Part shown: piece by piece, positions 1 to 12,832 of the stretch
Numbering within the stretch: position 1 is the first letter of the stretch
Layout of the letters: every line of letters begins with the position of its first letter
NCBI GenBank assembly: GCA_951406725.2
Contig: OX597816.1
Location: 134,602,001 to 134,666,000, forward strand
Length of the DNA stretch: 64,000 nucleotides
Direction: 5' to 3'
Origin: Octopus vulgaris
Taxonomy: Eukaryota
Made by a program: the position numbers and the translations under genes
Notes under the pieces: generated by a model
Database searches by the model: none
Told to the model about the DNA's origin: nothing
The model's input: the letters and a program-made list of their open reading frames with translations, nothing else

Positions 1-1815
1 CAGTTCTTAAACTGATAGATACCAGGCCCCATTAAAAAAAAAAGTGAAATTTTTTTTTGTCCTCATTCCCTTTTTATTAATGAGACCAAAGAATATGCAT
101 CCATAAAATTCTTCTTCCTTTGTTAGACAAGTTTTAAAATGCTTAAAACCATTTTAATCTTATTAAACATGATCATTTGTCTGCTACCTCTACAATCCTC
201 TCAAACTTCCCTAATGAGAAATACTGAACTATATATGGTTAATTTGAAACAAAATTTTGTTATTGCATTTATGACAAAAATAATGACATACAGAGACTAG
301 TTCAAGTGGAATGAACAAGTGGTGTCTCAAGTAGGAAATTAACAACAATTTCTCCAGGAAAACGGCAGTTGTAGTTAATCACCTTTTTTCAGATGATGAG
401 AACACCCATGATGACACTTTAATGCAAAGAAGGTTTCTGCTCTCACAAAGGAGGGACCTGCTAATGTCAGCTTCAATATATCTGTAGTGTGCATCAGATG
501 GCAGCAATGGCAATGGAGTTGATGTAGAGTTCTCTACTCAGACAAAAGATGGATCTTTGCGAATGAGAGTGAAATATGAATTTTTTGTTTAACTAGCTTC
601 CATCTCCCACTGATGTTCTTTCCAATTTGATGTAGAACAGTGACTACACTATACATTTCAATGCAGTCAGTTACAATGCTCCCATTGCATAAGTGAAGCT
701 GAAAAGCATCTGAGAGGGAAGTTTTGCTTTCCTTAATTTCCAAATACAGTGAAGACACTATATAAGACCTTCTTTATTAAAGTATCTGATTACAATACCA
801 CAAAACCTTCTGTAGTGTGAACACTATCATGTCTGAATCTGTAAGGAAGGGTGATAAGTTAGTAGTTGGCAAAGTCAGAGAGGTTGTTCTTTTTCTAGGA
901 TTGTATATCTATAAATCTGAGCATGGTAAAAAAATACCAAGAGAACCAGTCATTTTGTTGAGCTAAAATGACCAGAGAAGTTTACACACCTGCTTACTAT
1001 GTTTGTAAGGTGATGAAGTGAATGGATAAGAGAGTTCAACAGAGTTTTTATTGAGTGAGTGAGGAGTAGAAGTGGGGAGAAAATAGCAAGTACAGTGAAT
1101 ATATATGTAGGAGTACTTGGGCAGATAAAATAATTGTTTTATAGTTTCTAGAGAGACACTAGAACACTTATTGCAATTTGGAAACTAAAAAGCTTGCAGA
1201 CTGCACAATGCATCATGAGAAAGGCTTTTTTTAAAATTTTGCTTTCCTGGTCATCATGTAAGTATTTTGACAGTGGAATATTTCATAGATAGTTATGGTA
1301 GAGGATTCCTCCTCCTGGTGTTGTAGGCTGTCCTAACCTGTACATCAGCAGCACAGCTGCAACAAAACTACTTAGATTTGCATCTGTGGCATGAATACAA
1401 AATAAGGGTGGTTTCAGGTACCTGCTTAGCTTTTATAGATGTTTCCACTTGAGATATTACCATATCAAACCAGTTTGAATTTGTGAAAATAATCTTTTTT
1501 CTAAATCATAAACATATTTGTAATAATATTCATGTGAGATATATGACTGAATAAAAATCTATTGCAAAGAAATTAAACTTTTAACTTCAACACCTTGGAC
1601 TCTAAACAGAAATTATTACATAGAGAGAGCAACTCTAACCAATTTTCAAACGGATTAACTGATTTAATATTTTCCAATAATTTAAATACACCAAATGTGT
1701 TAATCTGCTTCTGATAATATAACCAAAAATATCATCTAGCTTTCCTGAAACAGAGGGACTAAAGTGTATATAACAAATAAGTTTTGGTTTAATGAAATTA
1801 ATCAGGTGTCTTTAC

Positions 1816-2005
1816 CTGTATAACCTCTATCATCTCGAGTAGATGGAGTGACTAAACTAGAGTCACGGCGAGTTTCTCTCATCAAAGTTTCACATTTATC
1901 ACATGAACATAAAGGGTGACAGAGTTTGCGGCGGGCTTGGTCAGCCATTTCATTCTGTCGATTTAGAAAGACTTTCACGGCATTTTCATCTCCACCTTCT
2001 ATATG
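1816..2005 (-). CDS. ANKRD27: ANKRD27 coding exon 14 (CHPLCxCxxC motif, start of ankyrin repeats); gene continues beyond the left edge
   Basis: HIEGGDENAVKVFLNRQ...KLCHPLCSCDKCE...VTPSTRDDRGYT. The Cys-rich VPS29-binding motif characteristic of VARP lies at 1892-1921. Confidence 0.95.
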
Positions 2006-3465
2006 CTGCAAAATTATTTTTTAGAGAAGAAAAAAATAGAAACATTCAGTTTCAATGAGGAATTTTATATTTGTAAATGAACAGATAACAAAATGGTGGG
2101 ACATACACACACATATACACTAATACAGAACAATGACAATGAGCGCTCAACACTGCATTTGTGGATATTCTTTATTTGTGAATTAACAAGGCAACCAGTG
2201 GTTTCATGTGAAAAGATCTTCACAATTATTCAAGCATTCAAATTCAATTATTACTTCTTATCCATAAGCCTCTTGAACAAATTCATAGCATTCATGTAGT
2301 AATCATTTTACTGTCTATGACAAACACTCATATACAATCACACATAAATTCTAGATATATATATACCATATTCATAGACTTATATTCATATAAATAATGA
2401 ACCAACTGAGCCTAGTACACAAATACATCTACAGTGATTGGTTGGTATACCTCCTACAAACCATACAGATATTATATAGGCAGAACAGGCTTTAGCCTTA
2501 GCCACCCCCAGTAGACTTAGACTAATAATTCCCACAGTTTCTTTAAATTCTTCATTACACCATGCAGTGATGTAGGTTCTTTTAGTTCACCTGCACAGGT
2601 GAACTGAACAAATATACAACAAATACAAAGGGTTTTACTCAGAGAAGAGGAATTTTGCAAGATGAAGAAAATCCAAATCTAAACCTTATTACACACTTCT
2701 TTAGTAAGCAAGGATATTGTCTAGATGTTTGGTGACAACAAGTCTTCTCAAATTTCAAGACTCCTTAAAATTCCTGCAGAATACAAGATGGTGCTTTTCT
2801 GCTGGCTGACAATATAAGTCTAAATTCTAATATTCTTTAGCCTTTTAGGCACCAGTTTGGGTGTTGTGCCAAGTACACCAATTACCACAGGAATATTATC
2901 ACCTTTATCTTCCACAATTTCTTCATCTCTCAGCTAAGTCCTTATATTTCTCAATTTCTTTGATAATGAATATTATTATTATTATTATTAAGGCGGTGAG
3001 CTGGCAGAATCATTAGCATGCCAAGCAAAATGCTTCGCAACATTTCGTCTGTCCTTATGTTCTAAGTTCAAATTCTGCTGAGGTCAACTTTGCCTTTCAT
3101 CCTTTTGGGGTCGATGAAATAAGTACCAGTTATGCACTGGGATTGATGTAATCAACAAGCCCCCTCTGCCAAAATTTCAAGCCTTGTGCTTATAACAGAA
3201 AGATTATTGTTATTATTAAGATAAAATAAGACAGCAAGCTGGAAGAATCGTTAGCATGCTGGACAAAATGCTATATGTTCTCTTCTTAAATTCTGCTTTA
3301 CCTTTCATCCTTTTGGGGTCAATAAGTACCAGTCAAGTACTGAAGTCAGTGTAATTGACTTCCCCCTTCCCTCAAAAACTGCTGGCCCTGTGCCAAAATT
3401 TGAAACCATTATTAATATAAAATACAGAGTTAAGTTCTCTTGATTAACTTCTGCTTTATACTTAC

Positions 3466-3579
3466 TTGGAAAAAGATATCTGTAGGACTGAGTTCTGGGG
3501 TTTTGTTACTTTCAAATATCGGAGAGGGTACAGTATCTGTAGTGTCACCAATCACAACATCCACAGAAGAATCAAACCA
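3466..3579 (-). CDS. ANKRD27: ANKRD27 coding exon 13
   Basis: WFDSSVDVVIGDTTDTVPSPIFESNKTPELSPTDIFFQ (cf. human SPTDCLFK); AG and GTAAGT sites. Confidence 0.88.
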
Positions 3580-3703
3580 CTAAAAAGAAAGATGGTTATC
3601 TTGCAGGTTTACTCAAACATTAATCTTACCAAACATAATTACATCACAAAGCAAGACAGAACAATTTTTACTGCAATGTTGTAAATAGTGAAGAAAAACA
3701 TAC

Positions 3704-3791
3704 CTGAATATTGGATGAAGTAGAAGGTATAATCTTCACTTTACCACTTCGTATCTGTTCTAATGCAGCTTCAATTGTAGCCAGATAATAA
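3704..3791 (-). CDS. ANKRD27: ANKRD27 coding exon 12 (end of VPS9 domain)
   Basis: YYLATIEAALEQIRSGKVKIIPSTSSNIQ (cf. human YCLTSFEAAIEYIRQG). Confidence 0.93.
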
Positions 3792-4227
3792 CTAAAAAAG
3801 ACAGAATAGAAATGAAACTGGATAATATAGATAATATTTTCTTAATTTTTCTTTTATTGTTTCCTATCTCTTTTTCTATGGCTGCATAGGTCAAATGTCT
3901 TTGTTACAGTAATTGCTTGTACAGTTAATTTCTTTCTTACTAGTCAATTGTAAAGTAGCTATGATGCTTGTTTTTAGTTCAGCCAGTCAAACTCGAACGA
4001 CTGAGGTTAAGTGGTTTGTTCACAATGGTAGTAATCAGATTGCATATGATCAATAATTCAGAGGTACTGAACATAGTATATGTGAGAAAACAAAATACAT
4101 AAGTCTCCTAAGTTAAGAAGACTTTGAAAGGTCAATATTATCTACTTAATACCATAAAATCTGAACTGAGATAAAACTAAGTTCACAGTTACTTGTGCAA
4201 AACTGGAATCCAGATAGGATACCAGTT

Positions 4228-5003
4228 TAGGACAAATAGCCGTGAGGATGAAAGACTTGAGGTATTTCGTGTTGCAAGACAGTGTGTGAGAGAGAATCGT
4301 GATGTGGTAGGAGAGAAGTGTGTTCGCATGGATGATGGTTCACTTGCACTAAATGAGGATGCAAAGAGAGAGGTTTGGAGATGCCACTATGAAAGGTTGC
4401 TGAATAAAGAAAATGAATGGGATAAAGAGAGTCTGCCGAATGTCAACCCAACAGAGGGACCAGCCATCCGAGTTGAAAATTCTTTGGTAGTTAAAGCAAT
4501 TAGAAGCATGAACACAGGGAAAGCCCCAGGCCCATCAGGAATTACTGCAGAGATGCTCAAAATATCTGGCAGTGTCGGCTATAACCTAGTCACCCGTATA
4601 GTCAACCAGGTGATACACGAAGGAGTCATACCCAATGGCTGGTGTAGCAGCATACTAGTCAACTGCTACAAAGGTAAAGGTGATGCCCTAGATACAAATA
4701 ATTACAGAGGTATCAAGCTGTTGGATCAGGTAATGAAGGTTATAGAGAGGGTCATAGCCCAACTAATTAGAAAGAGAGTTAGTTTAGATGAGATGCAGTT
4801 TGGGTTCGTGCCAGGGAAAAGTACCACTGATGCTATATTCCTGGTAAGGCAGCTGCAGGAGAAATACCTAGCCAAAGATAAGCCTCTGTATCTGGCTTTC
4901 ATTGACATGGAGAAAGCCTTTGATAGGGTCCCCCGATCCCTTATCTGGTGGTCAATGAGGAAACTAGGGATAGATGAATGGCTGGTGAGGGCTGTGCAAT
5001 CCA
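4228..5003 (+). mobile_element. RTE-clade LINE reverse-transcriptase internal fragment (intronic, antisense to ANKRD27)
   Basis: Open frame with GKAPGPSG, NYRGIKLL, QFGFVPGKSTTDAIF and AFIDMEKAFDRVPR motifs; ends before the YADD motif. Confidence 0.9.
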
Positions 5004-5307
5004 TTCACAATACGTCAGTCAGTCCAAGGCTATAGAAGACACTTGCCCAAGGTGCTACGCAGTGGGACTGAACCCAAAATCTTGTAGTTGAGAAGCAAGC
5101 TTCTTACCACGCAGCTACACTGATGGACTTTGGTCAGCCTAGAGCTATAGTAGAAGATACTTGCCCAAGGTGTCATGCAGTGGAACTGAACTCAGAAGCA
5201 AGTTTCTTAACCAAAGAGCCATGCCGGTGCCTATTATTAAAATGATAAAATAAATTTGTAAAAATTTAAAAGTATGTCAGAAATTGTATGACTAGTTTTT
5301 AACTAAC

Positions 5308-5373
5308 CTGTATTCATCTTTGTTTGACGCACGGGAAAAATTGAAATGCTGGACATAAGCTAAGTTGGAGCAC
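5308..5373 (-). CDS. ANKRD27: ANKRD27 coding exon 11
   Basis: CSNLAYVQHFNFSRASNKDEY; AG and GTTAGT sites; phase 2/2. Confidence 0.92.
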
Positions 5374-5486
5374 CTAAAATATATTTAGATGAAAATATTA
5401 AGACACAATGATAAGGAGATAAAGTAGAAGGGAAGGATTTAAAGTTAAACAAAGAAAAATATTTCTTTATTAAAATCAATACATAC

Positions 5487-5577
5487 CAATTAGGAATTTC
5501 AGATTTAACAATTATAAAAATGAGCAATGGTAAAAGGTCATCGGAAGTCATCACATCTGAAAGAGCTTCACTATCAC
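5487..5577 (-). CDS. ANKRD27: ANKRD27 coding exon 10 (VPS9 catalytic motif)
   Basis: DSEALSDVMTSDDLLPLLIFIIVKSEIPNW contains the VPS9 (A/S)DDLLP motif; AG and GTATGT sites. Confidence 0.94.
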
Positions 5578-5992
5578 CTAGATAAAGAGAAGGAAAATAA
5601 AGTTAAAAAGACACTTCAATGAGAAGCCAAATGTCAGAACGAAAAGATTCCAATGTCATAGAAAAGTAAGGATTTTAGAGATTGGTGTTTAACCCCAGGT
5701 CAGTCCTGATTTATGAGCAAAGACATTCAAGCCATGATCACCTCATCTTTGCAGAAGATATAATGTATCCAGGGCTACATTATCCTGGATGCATGTTCCC
5801 ACATTTTAAGATAGTAGAGTGCGATTTGATGGAATTTAGCTGCTATTTCTAGCTGATCAAGGGATCACACAGTCTTTTCCTTCCAGCTTGTATATTTCTT
5901 TGGTGTTGTAAATATAGATAAATAGAATATAAAATTACACTTATGTATTTGTTTTGCAAGATTGCTGATGTGAAATTGTGTGTTGAAGCAGA

Positions 5993-6372
5993 TATTGTTA
6001 TATTTGGAGATGGTCATATTTTTGCCAATTATCCACATGCACTATACACTCATTCTTCATAACTTTACTATTATACTTATTATTAACATTATTTTAGTGT
6101 TCTTTGTCTGAAATCTTTTGTCACACATCCTATGACTTCTTCAATGACTCGCCATCCCATGTGTGTCCTGTTCTGTTTAGTCCATTCTGTCTTTCTCAGA
6201 ATGGACAAAACAGAACAGGAGACACATGAGATGGAGAGCTGCTGAAGAGGTCACAGGATACATGACAAAAGATTTAGCCAAAGGACATTAAAATAATGAT
6301 AATAATAAAATTGAAGTGAAGAATGAGTATATAGTGGTTGTAATAATTTGACCACCCCCAAATATAACAATA
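5993..6372. repeat. Degenerate inverted repeat of a Penelope-type terminal repeat with a decayed hammerhead motif
   Basis: Arms of about 180-190 bp around a centre at about 6193; right arm reads CTGAAGAG-GTCA...TGAC-AAAAGATTT. Confidence 0.6.
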
Positions 6373-6406
6373 ACATAAAATTGTTTTTGTATAAAGGAAG
6401 GAATAC

Positions 6407-6543
6407 CTTCAGGAGTAGATGCAGGAGATTTTGGAGAACGCATTAAAAATGCAATTAACCGTTGGATACAATAGAGTTTTCCCATAGGTGTGCTGTATTT
6501 ATTGAGACGGGCAATTTCTTTCCTTGCAATGGGAATATTATTG
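6407..6543 (-). CDS. ANKRD27: ANKRD27 coding exon 9 (VPS9 domain)
   Basis: NNIPIARKEIARLNKYSTPMGKLYCIQRLIAFLMRSPKSPASTPE (cf. human NIPRAKRELAQLNKCTSPQQKLVCL). Confidence 0.93.
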
Positions 6544-7542
6544 CTAAAACAATAAAATAAAAATAAATGCATGAAAAAGAAAGACAAAATATAGCTTAAC
6601 AAAACAAGAACATATTGTGAACATGAATTTTTAAAAATTGTTACTCTCAGAACATTTAATATATATATGGATATCAAAATCTTATACAGAATTAACTTTA
6701 ATCACAAATGTATAAATTGTTAGTAATTTACAAAATATTTCTTATAATATATTTTTTCCTTAATTGAATTTGATCTAATATATTTCAAAATTAGGAGAGC
6801 AATAACAATTTCTTAATTCAGCTAAATTTTTGGAGGTATGGTATGGTCAATTAAACTGACCTCAGTATGTGATTGGTACTTTTTTTTATTTCCTTCAGAA
6901 AGATAAGAAGTGAGAATAACAAAGGATATAAATTAAATAGAAGGTATTATTGCCTAATGTTTTACCAATTCTGTCATTAGCCTTTCCCAGGGAAATAATA
7001 CTGAAATCATCACCCTCACCATTCAATGACATTTTCCATGCTGAAATGGGTTTGATGGCTGGACAGGAGCAGGTAAACTAGAGGACTGCACCAAACACTA
7101 CTCTCTGCTTTGGCATGGTTTCTACAGTTGGATGCCCTTCCTAATGCCAAACACTTTAAAGTGTATTGGGTGCTCTTTACATGGCATAAACACCAGCAAG
7201 GTCATCAAGTAACTTGAAAGACAAAGACCTCTCAACAGAGATGGGGAATTGTATTAACGGAGGTAGTTTTATGTCAGGTGAGAGATTGAAGTGTGACAGA
7301 GGGATAGAAACAAGTATCTTGAAATTATAATAAACAAACAAACCAATATTTAAACCAGAAACAATATAAAGACAGTATATGTAAACACTAATTAATGAGA
7401 TAAAGTTTAATATTTCAAATAACAAGATCATTAAAAAAATTGATATCAATTAACAACGCTGATATAATCTGATTTCAACCTGCTGAAATAAACCTAAATA
7501 AGATTATAATTTTTATCTTTACTCAATAGACAAAATTTCAAT

Positions 7543-7575
<33 letters not shown>

Positions 7576-7587
7576 CAAATATCTTAC

Positions 7588-7730
7588 ATGAATGCTTCCC
7601 GAATGTCTAAATGATGACACTGCAGCTCTTTCAGATTTCGTGTACATTTGTTGATTTCAGCATCATCAGATGCCATGCAAAGTGTGAGAGCTCCAAAGAG
7701 ACTTTTATGAAGCTGATGCAACACATAAGT
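7588..7730 (-). CDS. ANKRD27: ANKRD27 coding exon 8
   Basis: TYVLHQLHKSLFGALTLCMASDDAEINKCTRNLKELQCHHLDIREAF; AG and GTAAGA sites. Confidence 0.92.
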
Positions 7731-7917
7731 CTGAAAAAGAGTAACAAATGTTTTGGGTTTATATTATTTATTTATCAATTTAATTGCAATGATAACACAT
7801 TTTAGGGGCAAGCATAATCTAATTGGTTTTGCTTTATTTACAAAGAATAAATTAAAATGAACATTTGATATTTGTATCAGAGGTAAAAAAAAATCCTTTT
7901 GCAACTAACTTTTATTA

Positions 7918-8463
7918 TCTATTATATAAAATCTGTTTTGTCTGTCTGTGTATGTGTCTTCTAGGATCTCGGGCATCCTCCATCAGATTGCACTCAAATT
8001 TGGTATGTAGATACTAACGGTATCAGGGCGTGTGTAAGTCTTGAAAAAATTACAAAAATCGATTCCAGGTCAGAATGCAACCGATAAAGCCATGGGAACA
8101 TGCATTTGTATGCATGTCATCTTTCAGAAGTGTCAATCTGACCATCTCATTGGAGCAGCAAATGCTGGCAGGTTCAGCTGGCCACCTCATGGTGTTACAA
8201 TGGAGGCAAACAGATGACATGGTACCAATGATCATGTGAGGATGAGACACATAAACTTCATGTGGATTGTAATGAAAAGCTTTGTTGTACCAAATAAAAA
8301 CTTTATTTCTTCTTTTGCTGGAGTCTCAAATTTAGGTTAAATCAGTGTTTCTCAAAAGGGAGGCCTATGGAATGGTCGGACAAGTTGTTTTGAGAAAATT
8401 TGGTTTAAATGTTTAACAACTCAGCACCGTCCATTGGACGGGGGAGGGGGGGCGTTTTGCTCG
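7918..8463 (+). mobile_element. Non-autonomous Helitron carrying an inverted Rep/Hel N-terminal fragment
   Basis: A|TCTATTATATAAAA 5' end; subterminal hairpin CCGTCCattGGACGG (8427-8441); CTCG|T end (variant of CTAG). Minus strand encodes AFHYNP..HPHMIIGTMSSVCLHCNTMRWPAEPASICCSN. Confidence 0.7.
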
Positions 8464-9308
8464 TATTAAATAGTTTATAAGTGAAATGTACTTTGAATCT
8501 TATATCTTGTCTGTCTCCAATGAATTCCTTTTGCAGCAAAATGATGGCACAGTTTATTAGTTTACTAATAAAGTGAAGTTCTAACTGGTTTCACAGCTTA
8601 TTGTTTCAGAGATTATTTCCAGCCACAGGCAATGCTCTCGGTTACACAATGCCTTACTATAGTTCAATAGTTCTAAATCTGAACATCCCCTTTCAAATAT
8701 TTGCAAAAGCTAAACTTTCACCTAATAAATTTCACAGCAGTTAATGACTCAATAATGATAGAATTGTAAAAAAACTTATTCAAATAGAAAATCCTTATTC
8801 CCTACATATTTGCAAAAGCAATTACTCATAAGCAATTTAAAAAATTGACTAATTTTGATACAGACATATTTTTAAAATAATAAACATGAACAGAGCTAAT
8901 TACTGCAAAAGAAGAACATGTAAACTTAATGCATTTAATGTAAACATGAATTTTAATCTTTAATAATATTAAATTGTACAAAGGTCTTCCACTGACGAAT
9001 GTGACAAAAATGCTCACTGTGATCTTTGATAACAGTGTACCACATTCACTCAGTGTCACAGTGTAGTGGTCACAAGAAATATTTTTTAATATCATGCAGC
9101 AGCCACCATGATTGTCATCAAGACTAGTTTTTGAAGGGATTAAAAATCATGATTGTGTAGTTGTTTAAAATTGAAGGATGTGATTGTATCAGTTCACAAT
9201 TTTTTCTAATTCATTTTAGCATTAAGACATAAACAGAAGAACAAAAGAAAACCTTAAACTATCTAATACAACACATCCTGCACTCCTAACACAAAAACAA
9301 AATAATTC

Positions 9309-9484
9309 TTAACCCATTACCACTTAAACCAGCCAGATTTGACCTCTCACACATACCCTACAATGTTGTTCTAAATCTAAACTATTTGAAATCTTGAAGC
9401 AATAAGATAATACATGGTTCCTTCAAAACAATGTGAATAAATAGCGTTACATTTTATAAAGTAATCTAAATGCTAAAGGGTTAA
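9309..9484. mobile_element. piggyBac-type MITE (TTAA-flanked)
   Basis: TTAA-CCC...GGG-TTAA ends; same family as 16268-16492 and 34237-34462. Confidence 0.65.
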
Positions 9485-11162
9485 TTATCCCTAAAAATAA
9501 TAATCCCAATGATAAAAAAACTGGTTGCAGCCTCCAAACAAAGTGATACTATCTACATTTTGACAAAGTGAAAGTGGTACTCTATTGTCATAGATCACCT
9601 TTATAATTACTTTTGAAAGAGATTCTAGTGGCTACTAATATGTTCAATATTGTAAATAATGAAAACATTAGTGGGAGAGGAAGTGAGGAGGTGCTACTAT
9701 ACAGGTTTAGAAATGCTGCTGAAGACGGACTATTTAAAAGACTGCCTGAAGCAAACCACTAAATTAGATCATTAAAAATCAGATAAGTGAATCACATTTT
9801 TTAATTTAAATATTGCAAAAGCTGTAACCAGTGGTTGTAGATTATCCTATGTGATAGCAAGAACCATAATAGATCTCCCATATTGGGATAATGTTTAAAA
9901 CTTTGTACAAGGATATAACCAATTGAATGTCTCCATTTCGGTAGCCTGGAAGGATGAAATTACACACTAACCCTGGCAGAAATTAAACGCAAAACAAAGA
10001 GATAAAACAAAATACTGCAAGGTTTGGCTCGACCATTTCTAAACAATGTTAGCCAATATTCATTTGTTTATTCTAAAAGCAAATATAAAATCTTCAAAAG
10101 AAAACTTTTGGAGGTTATCATGTTTTTAACAACAATAATTCAATTCTTTGGCTTAATCACTTATCAAGTTATTATTGATGATGAAACAGAGAATATCTTG
10201 TTGGATACACTAATGCACAGTACGGCTGAATGGTTAAGAAGTTCACTTTGCAACCACAAGGTCCTGGGTTCAATCCTACTGCAGGGCATCTTGAACAAGT
10301 GTCATTTTTTTTAATTGACCCATACTGTTTTGTGTGAAACTGAGAAGAGAGAAATCAAGGTACAGCCATGTCACACATTGTGTCATCTGATTCTGCCCAA
10401 GAATTATAGTAATCATACTTGCATCTGTGGATTGTTAGTCACTTATATGTTAATTCAGGAGCAGATAATTTGGTTGATGGAAGAACTATGTATATGGATT
10501 TGGTAGACAGAAACTGAAAAACCCATGTGTGTGTGTAACCTTGTCTTGATATCAGATGGTGATTGTAAATGAACATCACCATCATGCAAGCAATGCTGTT
10601 CATTTCTAGTCTTCCATGATAAACTTGTCTGGCTATGAGGGAATATTACTCCACTTGAAACAGATAAGGGTTGACAACAGGAAGAGCATCAAGCCACAGA
10701 AAATCTGCCACAACAAATTCCGTCTGACCCATGCAAGCATGGAAAAGTAGGTGGATATATATGTTGTGCTCATCATTGGTCAAAGAACATATTCCTCACA
10801 TTCTAAGAGATAAAGTCTGAATGAATTGAAAACCAAATTATAATTTAATATGTATTATGTATTAAAGCCTCAAAATCAAAATTTTTGAAATGTAGATGAT
10901 AGTTTAGTTTAGGAAATAATTAGACGAACCATATTTAAATATATGCAAAGCCAACTTTTATTAAAGAAAATAAAGACTGCTTATTTCTTCTAAGAAATGG
11001 GCTTGTCTATTTTTTCAAGTACTAGCTTCTGCTATTGCTAGTATTTTGCTTTTAAAGAAGTCTATATTTGTTCAATTGATTTCTGTCTCAAAACAAAATT
11101 CAGTAGCAAATGTTAAAATGTTGAATATTAATACCACAAAGTAGAAATTTAAAGTAACTAGC

Positions 11163-11219
11163 CTCTGCGGCAACTTTCAAACAGTCCATATAAACTGGAT
11201 TGTGTCTTGCTCGATTTTT
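11163..11219 (-). CDS. ANKRD27: ANKRD27 coding exon 7 (non-canonical GC donor)
   Basis: KNRARHNPVYMDCLKVAAE (cf. human KMLAKQEAQMNLMKQAVE). Poly-T/cAG acceptor; GAG|GCTAGT donor keeps phase 0. Confidence 0.85.
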
Positions 11220-11896
11220 CTGTAAAAAAAAAAAAAATAGTTAGCACAATTATATTCATTAAATGATACACTGCTGAAGTTAATATATGAATATACTGTA
11301 ATGATTCACACAAACAGACGTTAATATACAAAAACGGATTGACTAAAGATGAAAGAGAATTGAAAAAAAAACTGCATATTCTATAAAACTTTCAAAAGAT
11401 TTAGAGACAGTTTAATTATTTATTGGAGTGTAACTATGATGCATTTTACAAAAAATGACAGCTTAAAAGATAGTTAATAATGTTATACACTAAATAAGCA
11501 AGAAATTTTTGCTCTTTTCCACTATGTTATCTGAAATACATTATATCTATTACAGATGTGTCATCACATCAGTGAATGCCTTGCATAACTGAAAGTTTTC
11601 TCAAATTTTGTGATGTTTGTTTATTCTTTAAAGAAAATTCTTGGCTGAATCCATTTCATCCTATTTATATTGCTTCCCATCTCTTTCAAAAACACCCCTC
11701 GACTTGCTTTGTTTTTAGATTAATTTCTCACTTATTACCAAAATCTTACATTTATATATTTAAATCACTGTAATATTCTTTGTAAATGACTACACTTTAG
11801 CAGACAGGTATACTAGATACATTTATATATGAATACATATATTTAACAAGCACATACAACAAACTTTATACTGATACACACTGAAGTTGCACTTAC

Positions 11897-11956
11897 TAAA
11901 GTTGGATCCCGAAGTAGAAGCTGCATGGATTTTGTATACTGTGCACTAGCAACATC
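11897..11956 (-). CDS. ANKRD27: ANKRD27 coding exon 6
   Basis: DVASAQYTKSMQLLLRDPTL (cf. human DSANALYTKCLQQLLRDSHL); AG and GTAAGT sites. Confidence 0.92.
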
Positions 11957-12459
11957 CTATTAGAAAACAAAGATTAATAAATAGGATATGACTATAAGTT
12001 TGACAATGTCATTTCCTTTGTTTTATAATTTATCCTTGGATTACAATGATAGCAATGTTAATGAGATATATGCAGTTTATAAAAGTAAAGCAAGTTATTT
12101 TAAAATTAGAAAATAATAGTCTAAACCTGTAAGCTGTTATTAATAACTTTTTCAGTTTTAAAACAAAATTCCTAAATATAGTGACAAGCCTTGATTGCAA
12201 ATTTATGTATCTTTTCCTCAGTAACTTTTTATCACTGACAAAAATTAAATTGATTTCTAGGAGATATATATGAAGTTTTGCTCACAACTCTCATATTACT
12301 AAGAGAGAAAAGAATTTAAGGACTGTTTCTGGTCTAAAATAATTTGGCTTATGGTCCTTACAATAATCTTAACCAATAATTAAAAGAAAATATAATAAGA
12401 AAGATAATATTTAAAATCACTGTCTCTAATTAAAGAAATTCAGTGAAAAGAATACTTAC

Positions 12460-12554
12460 AACAATGCTTCGAAAGTTATACACATCCAGCCTTTCATAAA
12501 CATAGATAAATTGCTGTAAAACTTTATCCAAGTTTTCCCTTGTTTTTCTATTGG
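12460..12554 (-). CDS. ANKRD27: ANKRD27 coding exon 5
   Basis: NRKTRENLDKVLQQFIYVYERLDVYNFRSIV; tttcAG and GTAAGT sites; phase 1/0. Confidence 0.87.
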
Positions 12555-12751
12555 CTGAAAAACAAAACAGCATGAAAAATATAGTAAACTATTTAATTGT
12601 TGATTAAAAGGAAATTAGTTTAAGGTTATCCTCACAACAGTTTCTTTCTTTCATCTTCAATCAACAGCAACATTAATATTTACCACAACTGTTATCATTT
12701 CATAACTAAATAAGGAGAGAAATCATAAAAGGGTCAAAGTTTAATTCTTAC

Positions 12752-12832
12752 TTGAGTCTCCCCAGAGCAGTTCTATACAATCTTTGTAAGTAGTTGGGGT
12801 TCTGTAGAATTGCGGTGTTGATTCACATTTGG
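12752..12832 (-). CDS. ANKRD27: ANKRD27 coding exon 4
   Basis: KCESTPQFYRTPTTYKDCIELLWGDS; tttAG and GTAAGA sites; phase 1/1 fits both neighbours. Confidence 0.85.

Noticed and set aside
330-1480. Further ANKRD27 ankyrin exons or ORF 534-758
   Set aside because: I found no phase-compatible LHxAA-type exon. Stops are frequent and the region looks like a very old LINE remnant that I cannot classify reliably.
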